A stretch of DNA of 64,000 bases from Eledone cirrhosa (Eukaryota): the NCBI GenBank assembly GCA_964016885.1, contig OZ024740.1:384648001-384712000 (forward strand), written 5' to 3'. Position numbers and translations under genes: made by a program. The notes beneath the pieces are model-generated. The model searched no databases. It was given only the letters and a program-made list of their open reading frames with translations, and had not been told where the DNA came from. This document shows positions 38,092 through 52,280 of the stretch, in pieces. Each line of letters opens with the position of its first letter. The first letter of the stretch is position 1.

Positions 38092-39154
38092 CGAAGGAAT
38101 TATCGTAAGAAACTAGATGGACCATAACGCACCAAAGTACTCAATACTTAGGGTAGTAGGATGGGAAATAGGAAAAAGTATGACCCCGACGGCAGAGCTC
38201 AAGCCGTTTCGCGGCTTTTTCTGGACTAAATTAGAATTTTTAGTCTGGTGAATAAATAGCCGAACTTGTCAAGGGGTACTTTCGTATATGGGAATATTGT
38301 ATTTGTCAAGAGGATTGGTTAAAATTTGTTTGTAAACACAAATAAGTCTATCATGGCATTTGGTGGGGGTAGGGGTGGCTGAACTTGCCTGTATAACAAT
38401 GAGGGAGTGATTGGAGCCGGTCAAGCGTTGAAAGTGATATGTATACAGCAGATTCTAAAAATAGTGTATGAAAAGTCGAAAAATTTACCTGTAATTGCAA
38501 GATAGCATTGGCGGAATACGCTTTACTAACTGCTTTTAGCAGCTGTGTTAGACCCTGAAAAGTTTGCTTATATTTTTTCACTACCCACTTCTACATTTTC
38601 TTATTTAGTATTTTCCATTCTCAACTTATTAACCTTTTGTATAGCTTTGGCCGTACAAGCAACACCTACTAATCATAGCAGCTGTTTCTAGACCCTACTG
38701 CTTTTTTTTTTTTTTTTTTTATTCATTTCTCACTATCTAATTTTATATATTTGTTTATATTTCTTTCTAGTATTTTTTATTGTCTCCTACTCTCATTCGA
38801 ATTACCTATTCTATAACTTCCCTCCTCCATTTTCTCCAGAACAATTTTTCGACTTTTCATACACTATCCTTAGAATCTGCTGTATACATATCACTTTCAA
38901 CGCTTGACCGGCTCCACTCACTCCCTCATTGTTCTACAGGTAAGTTCAGCTAACCATACCTCCCACCAAATGCCATGATAGACTTATTTGTGTTTACAAC
39001 AAATGTTGACCAAAAGTCTTGACAACTACAATCTTCCCATATAAGGAAGTACCCCTGACAAATTCGACTATTTATTCACCAGGCTAAACATTCTAATTTA
39101 GTCCAGAAATAGCCGTCAGAACGGCTTGAGCTCTGCCGTCGGAGTCATACCTTT

Positions 39155-39158
<4 letters not shown>
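38090..39158. mobile_element. Longest family A fold-back copy
   Basis: Arms ~38170-38484 and ~38842-39158 are inverted and diverged; tail 38090-38170. Complete HHR at 38183-38277 (-) and ~39051-39145 (+). Confidence 0.9.
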
Positions 39159-39197
<39 letters not shown>

Positions 39198-39201
<4 letters not shown>

Positions 39202-39527
39202 TTAGTTTTGCGAGGTTTTTGATATGAAATCGTGTGTCGAAAAAAATATTGTTATACTTGGGGGGGGGGGGGGGGGGGTTCATATTGTTGTAATAATATT
39301 GCCAGAATAAATAACAGAACACACTCATTGTTTGTTAGACTATATATATGTGTTCGTGTCTATATTATATCTGTATTTTTGACTGTTGGTCAGTCAATGG
39401 TAAACATTGAGGACCGAATAAATTAACTGATATAAAAGATACAAAGCGAAAATCAACCAAACAGTGAATGTGTTCTGTTATTAATTCTGGCAATATTATT
39501 ACAACAATATGACCCTCCCCAAGTTTA
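39198..39527. mobile_element. Fold-back element family K (another 3' end at ~2300-2347)
   Basis: 39251-39336 is inverted at 39457-39525; left tail ~50 nt; flanked by (TA)n. No convincing HHR. Confidence 0.7.
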
Positions 39528-40784
39528 TATATATGGATCTACCAATATCATACTTAAAGAGATTTATACATGTTTGCGCTTGTCTAGGTGGCAGGTATTT
39601 GCATAACTAAAAATATCGATAAAAGAGACGAAAAGAAATATCTAGAGAAATCGAACGCAATGATTTTCAATATTTAAATGAAGAAAATGAATGTAAGACT
39701 CAATACATTCATACGTTTTTATTCTTTGAATTACTTATTTAATTATTCAAATTATCCTTGGCTAAACAATGTACCATTCTATGTTCAAGCATTTACAACC
39801 GACTGAACTACAGAGCAAACAATAGACTGATATATGTGTCCATCCTTGCCCACTGCCTGCAAATAAAGATCAAATTTACATACTATAGCATATAGATTTA
39901 CTCGATATTTTATTTTTTTATTTATTTAAATTATTTCCATTCTTCCATTCTACTGGTGACTCTCCAAAATATTGCCGTCAGGTTTTCGTTTTTTATATTT
40001 AAATTAGTAATTTATCAATGCATTGTATAGTGCAATCAATATACCACAGCCCTAGATACCAGTATTCGTGACACATTGGTGCCTTTGATATATTTCTTTT
40101 AGTACTTAGTTACTTCCATATACATGAATGTACAAAGAAAGGAACTCTATAGGTTAACATGTAAATGAATAGAATCTAATAATCTGTTGCATTATCAAGA
40201 AATCGGCTAAAGCCTGCTTAGTGATGAGAGTGATCTTTGGAAACCTTGTCGAAAAGTGGCGAAAAACATGAACTTAAATAACTTTCCAATAGTTTGTATA
40301 TACGATTATGCATATATAAGTGTATTTGGACTTTTATATAAATTCACATAAGGAAAAGATACATATATTTGAGTCTTGTTGTGTTTGAGCCAAGTTGCGT
40401 TGTTTTTACTAGCTGTTAGCTTAACGGCTTCAAATATTTAGCTGATTACATCAGTTACGGCACAAACATTTATCAATATATAGACAGCGGATTTTTCTTT
40501 GCAGCGATCAGAGTATTGTGAGAGTCCTTGTCCATGAAATATTACCACTTTTATAGTTTCGTCACTGATAAGGTGCTTAGTGTAAACGAGAATATTCGGA
40601 ATTCTTCCCTAATACCGTTGCGTCCTACGTTGAATAGTTAAGAGTAACTAGAAGTACAATTTTGATTTTCGTAATACATATGTATATCTTCATCGTCCTG
40701 AGTGTCATGAAGTTCATACTCAATGGCGAATAGATAACACATATTAGGTAAGATAAATTACTGTTGTTTTCAGAGACATAAATG

Positions 40785-41290
40785 TATATAAATCTAAAAG
40801 GAGATCTTGGTGTGGCAAAAATCTACAGATGTATAACCATTTTAGTAATAGCTGCGAAGGATTATAACTCTATGTTGCTTAACTGGATACATGCAGAAAT
40901 CGAAAATGTATTGAGAAAAAATCAAAGAGGACGATCGATCAAATATCGGTCAAAACGTAACCGTTCGCAAAATTCTTGAAGGTCAGAAACCTAAAATTCT
41001 ATATTATGTTTTGTTATTCGCCAATTTCTCCAAACCATTGGATTTTATTCATAGATATAAAAGGAAACAAAATACTGCTAGCCTATGGTATACAAAATGA
41101 AACATTATGCTGCTTTACAAAAGCACACATTCAATGGTACGATCTCTAGATGGTGATAGGGATATCTTTGAAATAGTTGCAGGAGTGCAACCTATATATT
41201 CATCATTTGCTTGGAGTAAGTTCTCAGAAGTTCTGTCAATTCAAATTAAAGAAAATAGATTTACACTATATCCAAGTAGAAGTAATAGAG
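40785..41290 (+). pseudogene. Decayed RTE-type LINE reverse transcriptase fragment
   Basis: KGDLG..YRCITIL.IAAK.YN.MLLN.I..EIENVLRKNQ and LYKST.SMVRSLDGD..FEIVAGV. Confidence 0.7.
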
Positions 41291-41447
41291 AGAGAGATAG
41301 GCTTGAAGATAGATAGAGAGATATGACTATTGGTGGAGAATATAGTATTGTAAATTTATAGATGTGTATATATAATATATATTATACTATACTCATAAAA
41401 CCTAAAATTTATTTGTCGAAGTGTACTGCATGTGAAGTGTACAATAT

Positions 41448-41503
<56 letters not shown>

Positions 41504-41504
<1 letters not shown>

Positions 41505-41698
41505 ACGAAGGAAGTGTGGTAAGGAACCAGGTGGACCATAACGCACCAGAGTTCTCGATACTTTGGGTAGTAGAGTGGGTAATAGGAAAATGTTCAGGAT
41601 ACCGACGGCAGAGCTCAAGCTGTCTCGACGGCTATTTCAGTCCAGAAATAACCGTCGAAATGGCTCCAGCTCTGCCGTTGGGGTCCTGAATGTTTTCA
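41504..41698. mobile_element. Family A fold-back copy
   Basis: Same arm-plus-tail layout as 5227-5413. Confidence 0.85.
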
Positions 41699-42110
41699 TG
41701 TATATATATATGTATATATATATTTATATTTATATATATATATATATATATAGATATATATATATAACTCAATATTTAGTTACTTGTATGTCTGTTCCAC
41801 TACGTATACAAATACCCTAATATTGCGCAGTACCAAGTGTATATATAAATATCTGTGTGTTTGTGTAAGTATGCATATATATATATACAATTAAGTTAAA
41901 AATGTACATCTACATATGCATACTGAAATACTAGTATGCATATGAATACACACACGTATACATATGTAGATGTACCAAGTCTTTCACTGGTTACTTTACT
42001 GTGAGTAATCCAGCTATTCTGTATGTAAACACACAGACAAACCGGTTTTTAGAGTCATACTGGTTTTCGAGGAAACACCTTTCCTCTATTCTCCAGAAAG
42101 CCAGACAAGG

Positions 42111-42155
42111 AATATTGAACTAGTTTCGTTGTTGTTACAACTCATCAGCAATATT
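42111..42155 (-). ncRNA. Type-I minimal hammerhead motif (family M)
   Basis: Minus strand: AATATTG-CTGATGA-GTTG-taacaa-CAAC-GAAA-CTAG-TT-CAATATT; 7-bp stem I; GUU site. Confidence 0.8.
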
Positions 42156-42241
42156 TACCTATCTACCGGCCTTTCTGGAGAATCGTAAAAGCACATATCG
42201 TTATATGCTTTTTCTATGAAAATTAGTAGTGGGCAGACTAA

Positions 42242-42307
42242 TTTGAGATAGAGTGTCCGTGTTGTTTGCTCTGATCAGAGCAAACAACACGGACACTCTA
42301 TCTCAAA
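42242..42307. repeat. Perfect 66-bp palindrome with no spacer
   Basis: TTTGAGATAGAGTGTCCGTGTTGTTTGCTCTGA|TCAGAGCAAACAACACGGACACTCTATCTCAAA. Confidence 0.95.
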
Positions 42308-42466
42308 ATTATTTTTGAAAAGCATTTAGAAATGCGTAACCGGTAAAAACTTAAAAACTTAAAACCACAACTGAATAATAACCCATACGATTACTAATAC
42401 TCTTTTATTCCTAATTAAACCATTTTTCAACTGTGAACAATTTGTCAGCATTTTCTATTCCGTTTA

Positions 42467-43229
<763 letters not shown>

Positions 43230-43232
<3 letters not shown>

Positions 43233-43470
43233 CGCTTGATTGGGTCAACTCCACCCCCTCCCCTCTTTCTCCTACTGGCAGGTTTAGCCACCATCTCCCC
43301 TACTAATTTGCAATCACAGAATTACTACTGACTTTTGACAATCACTTTGACCATATATGGAATTACCCCTTGAGAAGATCGGCTATTTAAATACCAGGAT
43401 AAATTTTCATTTAGTCCAGAATTAGCCGTCGAAACGGCTTGAGCTCAGCCGTCGGGGTCTTACTGGTTCC

Positions 43471-43471
<1 letters not shown>
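43230..43471 (+). mobile_element. Family A single arm with complete variant HHR (43365-43458)
   Basis: ACCCC-TTGAGAA-GAtCGGCTA...TAGCCGTC-GAAA-CGGCT-tgagctc-AGCCG-TC-GGGGT. Confidence 0.85.
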
Positions 43472-43515
<44 letters not shown>

Positions 43516-43516
<1 letters not shown>

Positions 43517-43891
43517 TGAAGGTAGCTAAGATGAATCCATAGGCGGTATGCCGGTTGAGCACTCTATGCTCTTACAGAGCAAAGTATGATATAATATAAA
43601 ACGAAAAGTCAGTAATGCATCTTAACTCAATTTATTGTGAGTTACAATTGTTTCCCCGACGGACAGCTCTAGACGCGAACATTGTGTGGATCTGTCTGAT
43701 TCTGGACCCGCAGGTTTGACGGACACGTCTAATGATTATTCTCAGTGAGAGAAATCATTAGACGTGTCCGTCGAACCTGCGGGTCCAGAATCAGACAGAT
43801 CCACACAATGATCGCCTCTAGAGCTGTCCGTCGGCGAAACAATTGTAACTCACAATAAATTGAGTTCAGATGCATCACTGACTTTTCGTTT

Positions 43892-43899
<8 letters not shown>
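43516..43899. mobile_element. Fold-back element family H
   Basis: Arms ~43590-43736 and ~43753-43899; left tail ~75 nt. HHR 3' half GAAA-CAATTG-TA at ~43836-43847; the 5' core is not visible in either arm. Confidence 0.85.
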
Positions 43900-43955
<56 letters not shown>

Positions 43956-43959
<4 letters not shown>

Positions 43960-44682
43960 GAAAAGTATAGAAATTGTTGTAGCGAGAAGCTAACAGTATT
44001 CCATAACACATATGCGACTATAGCGTCAAAATGGGAAAATAGTTAACATAAGATATGGGAAAAATAATTCAGACTCAATTCAAAAGGAATCAGGATATAG
44101 ATTTATCCAACAGAATTTAGAGAAATCCAGGGAAAAATCAATAAAGCCTTAACTCATGATAAAACAAAGTCTAATGTACTTAACCTTCAATTTGGGACAA
44201 TTTCAAATGCTCTGTATAGTCTTGAAAAGACTATTTCACGAAAACTTTCAGTGGAGATGGTCACGGTTGGATTTCGTTCCTCAGCAGAGCTCAACATGGT
44301 AACCAAGGTCTCACTGGTAATATGCCAAAAAGGGAATTTAAAAGCAGGCTAGTTTAACATCATGCGTGGTTATTAAAATAAACGCACACGTGTAAAAACA
44401 TGGCTGGTGACGTCAGAATGAGATAAATGTTTGTTTACATGAAACAACAGTCAAAAACATTCCGAAAGAAAACTCTACAAAAGGAGTTCAGCAAAAAGCA
44501 ATATCATCGCGGTTTTTTTTCAAAAAAAATACCGGGATTAGTCACAAATAATTTAAGCACTCTAAGAAATAAATCCGAGTATATATATATAAATGAAAAG
44601 TATAGAAATTGTTGTAGCGAGAAGCTAACAGTATTCCATAACATATATATAGCATATATAGCTAACAGTATTCCATAACATA
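43956..44682 (-). mobile_element. TA-embedded element family N with reiterated 3' ends
   Basis: AAATGAAAAGTATAGAAATTGTTGTAGCGAGAAGCTAACAGTATTCCATAACA at 43956 and 44591, partially again at 44660. Minus-strand CTGAGGA-ACGAAA...TTTCGT-GAAA-tag-TC at ~44229-44284. Confidence 0.65.
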
Positions 44683-44699
44683 TATATATATATATATAT

Positions 44700-44764
<65 letters not shown>

Positions 44765-45449
44765 TTAATATGTCCCCCCAACGGTCCATCCTGTCTCTGT
44801 GCATGTATCACCTGCTCCCCACTGCCGCTACAGTGTTGAATGAATGTTTTATTTCTCTCCCTTTTTTTCTAAAACTTACTCTCTCACTCACTTTTTCTTT
44901 ATATTTCTCCCCGTCTCTCACTCACATATTTTCATAATCTTACCACTTACTTTCACTCACGTATTTCTTCCAATATGTTTCAATTTTTGATAATTCTCGT
45001 AAAATTGCCTCACAGTGTTGTACATGTTTTTAAGACTTTCATGATTTTTTTTATATTCTGACACTCCGGTTCAGACTCATGATATACATATTTGCATATG
45101 TAGAAACAGTATCACCATATGTCTGTAAGCTGTACTCATTTGCATGTGATACATGAGATTTGTAATTGACAAGAGTTTAAATATTCCCTGGCACTAAAGT
45201 GATGTCATAATATTTCTTATTTGAGAATATGGAGAAAAATTGTAAGGTGCATTATATCTGAGGAAATTGTCTTATGTATGTGTCTGTATATATATTCATC
45301 TGTGTAAGTGTTTGTCTTTATGTGTGTATATGCCTGTCAGAAATTCAACTGTTCTAAAAAAGAGGCAAACGCGGAAAACTTTGGCAAAGTATCAAAAGAT
45401 ACTCATGTTACTGCTGGCAATACTGACGTTATGGTGGTCGGTAAATAAG

Positions 45450-45655
45450 TAATTGTTTGTACTTTAGGCACAAGGCTAGCAATTTGAAGGGGGCGTCAAC
45501 TAAATCGAACCCAGTGTATTACTGGTGTTTTTATTTTATCGAACCCGTAAAGAAGAAAGGCAAAACTAACCTCGGTGTGATTTGAACACAGAACGTGAAG
45601 GCCCGTAACTCTATGCCACGAAGCATGTTGTCCGACGCTCTACCGATACTGCCAC
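45450..45655 (-). mobile_element. SINE S1, diverged
   Basis: Sequence similarity to the 7128 SINE. Confidence 0.75.
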
Positions 45656-45861
45656 TGGTAATGATGTTGACATCCTCCAAGTATTTTAGGCGATTCATTG
45701 TAATGTTTATATATTCATTCATATATTTAATAATCTTATATAATCATGAAAACATATATACATACTTATATACATCTACTCACTCACACACAGCTACACG
45801 CGCGCACGACCCCCCCCCACACACACACAAATACATTTACATATATACATACATATATACG

Positions 45862-45969
<108 letters not shown>

Positions 45970-46031
45970 CATACACACACACACAGACACACACAAATAT
46001 ATACACATATATATATATACATATATGTGTG

Positions 46032-46075
<44 letters not shown>

Positions 46076-46918
46076 CATCACTTCATTTTTTTTCGCAATC
46101 GGCTTATGTTAAGTTTACAGACGACCAAAAACCGAGTGAAGCAAACCGTGGTTCTGGTGTGTAATTCTGTTTACCATACATATGAATAACCATGTATCAG
46201 ACACTACATTGATCTAACAAGGCTGAAGCACAAAGTAAAGAAATGCTATATTACTATACAAATATATATATATATATATATACATGTGTGTGCGTGTATA
46301 CATATATATAATTCCTTTCTAGCGTTACAGGTATATATAAAAAGACGCTCATTTTTTTTCTGTGCTTGTGTATTAAGCGTGTCTAATGTATGTGTCTGTA
46401 TATATATATTCCTGTGTGTAAAAGTGTTTGTCTTTGTGTGTGTCCATGTCTGTCTATGCGTGTGTTTTTGAGTCGTTGTGTGTGTGCGTTAGTTTATATG
46501 TGTAACCATATATTCTATTCAAATTACTATATTTGAATTGAAAACACGCCTTCATATGTTACGTCCGCATTCAACATATGGAGTGTTCTCTACTTCATGT
46601 CTTCTTTGAGAGATATTAGGTAAAATGAAACCCAAGAAAAACCATCTCCTAATTATGGTTAAAGAGTTGGAACACATAATAAGATGTTGTAGCGTTTATC
46701 AGGCATTTCTAAATATTTCACTATTTCTATGTCATATCTTTGGATTATTTGTTTCAACTTATCTCTCTTTATCACCATATCAAAACCTCTCCCCCCTCTC
46801 TCTGTGTCTTTTTCACACTTCCTTGTAATATTTTGATTACTATTTACCCCCTTCTCCTTATCTGTCTATCTCTCACTTCTCCTCTCTCTCTCCCTCTCTC
46901 TCCCCCTCCGCTCACTGA

Positions 46919-46982
<64 letters not shown>

Positions 46983-47477
46983 ATGTGTGGATGTTTTATA
47001 ACTTCTCTCGCTTTCAAACGCTTTCTTCTATCACTTTATCCCTTTCATTTCATCTCTTTCTCCTTTTTCCTGTTTCTATAAATCCTTATTCATCTTACTT
47101 TATGTATTTACTTTTTTGTCTTTTTCTCATCCACACACATGTATTATCTAAATAGAACAGCGATATCGTTCAACTACACATGCAAACTATGTCTTCTCTG
47201 CATATTTATCTCAGTTCACTGCTCAAAGGCTTTGGACAAGAAGTGAATGTAAATCACACATTTCAGCAAAATTACAGTGAAAATTGATGCTTTTGTAGTA
47301 AGGTATCAGTCAGCAAGCAATACTATCTATTAGTATGTGTTATTTAGGAGAAATACCATCTGATATAACGTAGTGAAAAGATAGAATGTGTTGCTTGCTA
47401 TACGAAAACCGCACTTTTACAATTATGTCTAATATAAGGAAGACTCCATGGCTACTGGACCATACAAGCATATATAC

Positions 47478-47535
<58 letters not shown>

Positions 47536-48231
47536 CTGTGGGGGGGGGTCTTTGTGTGTGTGTGTGTTGCAGGCACAGCCATGTTCATCCATTCATGGGT
47601 CCTTAAATTCTTATCGGGTCCAATTCTTACAAAGAATGAAAAGGAAAGTGAGAGAGATAAAGAGAGTGGGAGAGAGCGAGTGAGAGGGTGAGAGAGAAGA
47701 ACCGAGACATAGACATAATGAAAGAATCGATAACTCTACTGAATTCTTACATATATCGAACTCGGAAGAATGAAGGGCGCATGATACCTCCGAAGATTTT
47801 GAACTCGAATGATTCTGCCAATTTGAGGCCTTGTCACCCAAATAATTTTGGTTAAAATGTTCTCTTAAATATCACTTGATTCTTTGTCGATCAAATGGGG
47901 TTGCACTTTCGGTAATTATCGTTTGACATCGATAGAACCTATACAAAAGTCTGTTGGAAGAAGTGCGCCTTGATTGTAGACCTAATGTGCAACCACATTT
48001 AACCACATCATCATTTGATCCTCAAATGCTTTAGAGAAATAAACTCCTGGTGTAAAAAGTCCTACCATGTCTTTTGACAAAGAATCCTACGATATTGAGT
48101 TTCTTAGTTCTTACTACTGTAACCAATGTGTTGGGTTTGCTTTTCCACAATAAACACTCCACCAGTTTCAGGAATAAATGTTATGGATGTTGACTCTCCT
48201 ACTCTGTTTAAAGCTTAAACAATATACACAT

Positions 48232-48423
48232 AAATAATTGTTTCTACTTTTGGCACAAGGCCAGCAATTAACCAGTGTATTACTGGTACTTTATTTTATC
48301 GACCCAGTAAAGATGAAAGGCAAAGTTAACCTCGGCGGGATTTGAACTCAGAATGGCAAGGGCCGTAACTCTATGCGTCAAAGCATGGCGTCCGACCCTC
48401 TACCGATACTGCCAATCCACCGT
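48232..48423 (-). mobile_element. SINE S1
   Basis: Near-consensus copy. Confidence 0.9.
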
Positions 48424-48574
48424 CCTATATACACATAACTAATATACACAAAATAATAACCTTCCATATAGGTATTGTTATATATATTTGCTCTACGGTT
48501 CTTATATATTGTATATATATGTATCCTTATCGAGCGTTCTTTGGATTTTAGTCTTCAAATTTATTATTATTACT

Positions 48575-48642
<68 letters not shown>

Positions 48643-48796
48643 ATGTATATATATATATATATATATATTGTTATTATTTGGGAGGGTCATGTTGCCAATA
48701 AGAAACACACGCACCAGTTGTTTCACTCCAATTTATTATAAATTAAATTTATAAATTTAAGAATTTATGAATTTACGGTTGGATGGTTGGTTACAT

Positions 48797-49440
48797 AACC
48801 GGGCGTACCGAATACGATAAATGGAAAATGAAATTTCATTTTTCACTCATAGTACGGCTGATACTTGAATATAAGCATGTATATTGTTTACAAACAAACC
48901 GAACATTATAATAAATGTTCGGTAAACCCATACGTACATATATATGTGTGTGCATGTATGTATATACATACTACTCTAAGTCTGTATACATATATGTATT
49001 ATGTATACATACTTATATTTAAGTATCAGCCGTACTAAGAGTGAGAAATGAAATTTCATTTTTTCCGTTTGTCGCTTTCGGTACGCCCGGCCGACTAATT
49101 CAGTCGATAAGCAAATTAGGCTACTCACCCGTTAATATGCATAAGGAAAGTATATACTTTCAGACGTTCAATCAACTGACAGGAAGGTATACGGTGTTGA
49201 TGACAGCTAATAAGCTAGAAACTAGTTCATCGTTCCTTTGTCAGTGTTGAACAAAATGGCAACGATGGTTGCCGAACACTGTACGGCTAATAATTCGGGC
49301 TGTTTGTTTACAAACAAACCGAGCATTATAATAAATGTTCGGTAAACCCATACGTATATATATATGTGTGCATGTATGTATATACATACTAATGTACGTC
49401 TGTATACATATATGTATGTACGTATACATACTTATATTTA
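48797..49440. mobile_element. Family C: ~1.3 tandem units (+) with a short inverted arm
   Basis: TGTTTACAAACAAACCGA at 48885 and 49305 (period 420); 48797-48882 is antisense. Confidence 0.9.
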
Positions 49441-49504
49441 TATGTATATATATATATATATGTGTATATATACACGGTGTGTATGATTGTGTATAGAAGA
49501 TTTT

Positions 49505-49872
49505 ATCAATAAAAGGAATTCCGACTTTGTCTGATTTACTAATTTTATTTACAATCCTTTAAAATTATAATGATATTATAATGAAATAGTATGGTAGAAT
49601 ATTAAATGTTAAGTGTTAATTGAACAAGTAGTTTCATGCTTTAGCAATCTTCAGGTTCACATTCAGTGGTGACAGTCAAGTTTGCAATTTTCAACAGTTG
49701 AAAATTGCAAACTTGACTGCAACCACAAGATTGCTAAAGCATGAAACTACTTGTTCAATTAACACTTAACATTTAATATTCTACCATACTATTTCATTAT
49801 AATATCATTATAATTTAAAAGGATTGTAAATAAAACGAGTAAATCAAACAAAGTTGGAATTCCTTTTATTAA
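49505..49872. mobile_element. Family E fold-back copy; HHR at 49621-49659 (-)
   Basis: Arms meet at AATTTTCAAC-A-GTTGAAAATT. Minus strand reads TGAAC-CTGAAGA-T-TGC-taaa-GCA-T-GAAA-ctac-TT-GTTCA. The right arm has lost the 5' part of the core by deletion. Confidence 0.85.
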
Positions 49873-50209
49873 TATATATATATATATATATGTGTGTGTG
49901 TATATATATATATACTATCTGACACCGTGGGATTTTCACGGTTTAATTAGAAATAACCACCAGGCATTTTAGATCAAATGTTTTATATATGTTATTTACA
50001 CACACAAATATTATATCCAATACGTAATTATATATATGTATGGTCCTCTAACTCCCGATAGATTCGTAGTGGCTCCGTATTGAGATACGGCGTTTCCTGG
50101 GCATTTTAAACCTGCCGGAGCCTAGCGTTCTCCAGGCCTGACTACAGGAGATGTCTTCCAGAGAATGATAGAAAGTGAGAGAGAGGAAATGATTAAGAGA
50201 TTCGACTCC

Positions 50210-50360
50210 AGTACTAGACTGGTAGCTTTTTTATCAACTTCGAAAGGATGAAATACAAAATTGACCTCGGTGGGATATGAACTCAAACAGGAAACAGCCG
50301 GAACGAATGCCATAAACCATTCTATCCGTCTCTCAACTGACTCTGCAAAATCGCTGCCTA
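50210..50360 (-). mobile_element. Old diverged SINE (S1-related)
   Basis: Minus strand GAGTTCATATCCCACCGAGGTCAATTTTGTATTTCATCCTTTCG. Confidence 0.6.
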
Positions 50361-50498
50361 ATAATAGTATATATACAGCACAACAATTAATTCTAATAAA
50401 ATTTAAAAGAACGATTGACACTACCAGAAACCAGTCTTTTACTTTTTCACAATTTGAAGATAAAGATAATTTATCATAAAAGAAAATGCTAATGCTAT

Positions 50499-50574
<76 letters not shown>

Positions 50575-51499
50575 ACACACACACACTCTCTCTCTCTCTC
50601 TATCTATCTATCTCTCTCTCTCTCTTTCTCCCGATCTTTATCTCTATCTATATCACACACACACCCACGCATACATGCACACACACACATATACACACGC
50701 ATACATACAAACACGCACACACAGACACATATAATTATGTGTGTGTGTATGCATACACTCCCTCCACCCATATACATATATATATATAAACCACAAACCC
50801 GCCATCTCAATTCTACTTTTGAAAAGCATAATAACTGTGAAACCAGTAAAGGAAACAAATAAATACTCTTAAAAAGACTCCAGTTGCATTTCGATTTCAT
50901 CTTCTTTCCTTATACTTTCACTCGTGTAGGACATCTCGTTTTTTTTTTTTTTCATTTACAAAAACCCCCTCATTTTCTTATATATACAGCAAAATTATGC
51001 AGTGTAACCGGCTACCAAATTTCATTCACAAAGTATTGGTCAACCGACGCTCTAGTGATACTTGCCAAATGTGCTCCGCAGTGGGACTAACCTGAAACCT
51101 GTGTTTGATAACCGATTTTCTTAGCCAGGCAGCCTTATATAATGTTCTTTATTACAGTTACTTCTTTGTTTTTAATCATTTTTTTCTGCTTGTCTGTACT
51201 GAAACAGTGCAAGATCTTCATACATTATTTTCTTTGGACCTTCCCCAGATGGAAAGAAAACTTTGGTCGTCTTCCAAGACGAAAAGAATTATTTCACTTC
51301 CCGATAAGTGACATAGCTTCAGGGCTACACAAACAAACTGAAAAAAAATATTTTACATTCTATCAACTCTCCATATGAAATTGCTCGTCAATATAAAAAG
51401 AATAAAAAATGTTCTACGTGTTGAAAACTGTCCGGCAGTGAAGATGCTTTGTGCTCAAAAGATAAGAGAAAACTCAGAAAACTAGCCATTATTTACAGA

Positions 51500-52280
51500 A
51501 AGCAAAACAACATAGCCATATCAACTGATTTTTCTACAAGCACTAGGCAAATTATTGAAACATTATTAGAAGTCCTTCAGTCATCGTAACCCACTGAACT
51601 TGCGTTAATATTTTTGAAGTTGAGGCAGACTGCAAGTTAAGCTGTAATTGTACAGGGTAGAGAATAGGATGAACTCTATATGGACAATGGTGTACCGCAT
51701 GCTGGTTTATAAATGGCCAACTGGACCACATGCTAGAAGCTAAGTGATCAGATAGAAGGCAGGCTAATCTGGTGCCTGTTATCTCCGAAATAATATTCTC
51801 ATCTCCACTGACGATGTATAATATGAACATTTTCTTTGATATCAAACATAGTTGTAAGATTGACTGATATTTTCAAGGACGCTTGTCTACAATAGACTAT
51901 TATGCTTAGATTGTGTGGGAAACTTGCGTGGAAATATTTCCCAGTAAATGCTTTGCACAATTCTTTTCTACAGGGAATTGGTCAAATCAAGATACCACAT
52001 AGAAGCAGTATTAAGCATCTATGTTCTTCCCTATATATATCTATATTTGCGCAAGACTGGCAATTTACCATTATAACGTTTGTGTACATTATTTGTTATT
52101 ACAGTCAGATGATCATTAATCCAAATGATGTGTGTTGCCAGATCCACTCTGGCTTTTCGAAACTCATGGTATTGACAAACATGTAATAAATTCAAATACA
52201 TAATGAATATTGTAAATGTGCCCTCTATCGATTCCAACGATGGGCTTTCAATTGTTCAATTAACTGATCATGTGATTCAG
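51500..52280 (-). pseudogene. Possible highly decayed LINE RT fragment
   Basis: Weak RTE-like remnants (IEGTF..FMYL..KARVDLA) in broken ORFs. Confidence 0.3.
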
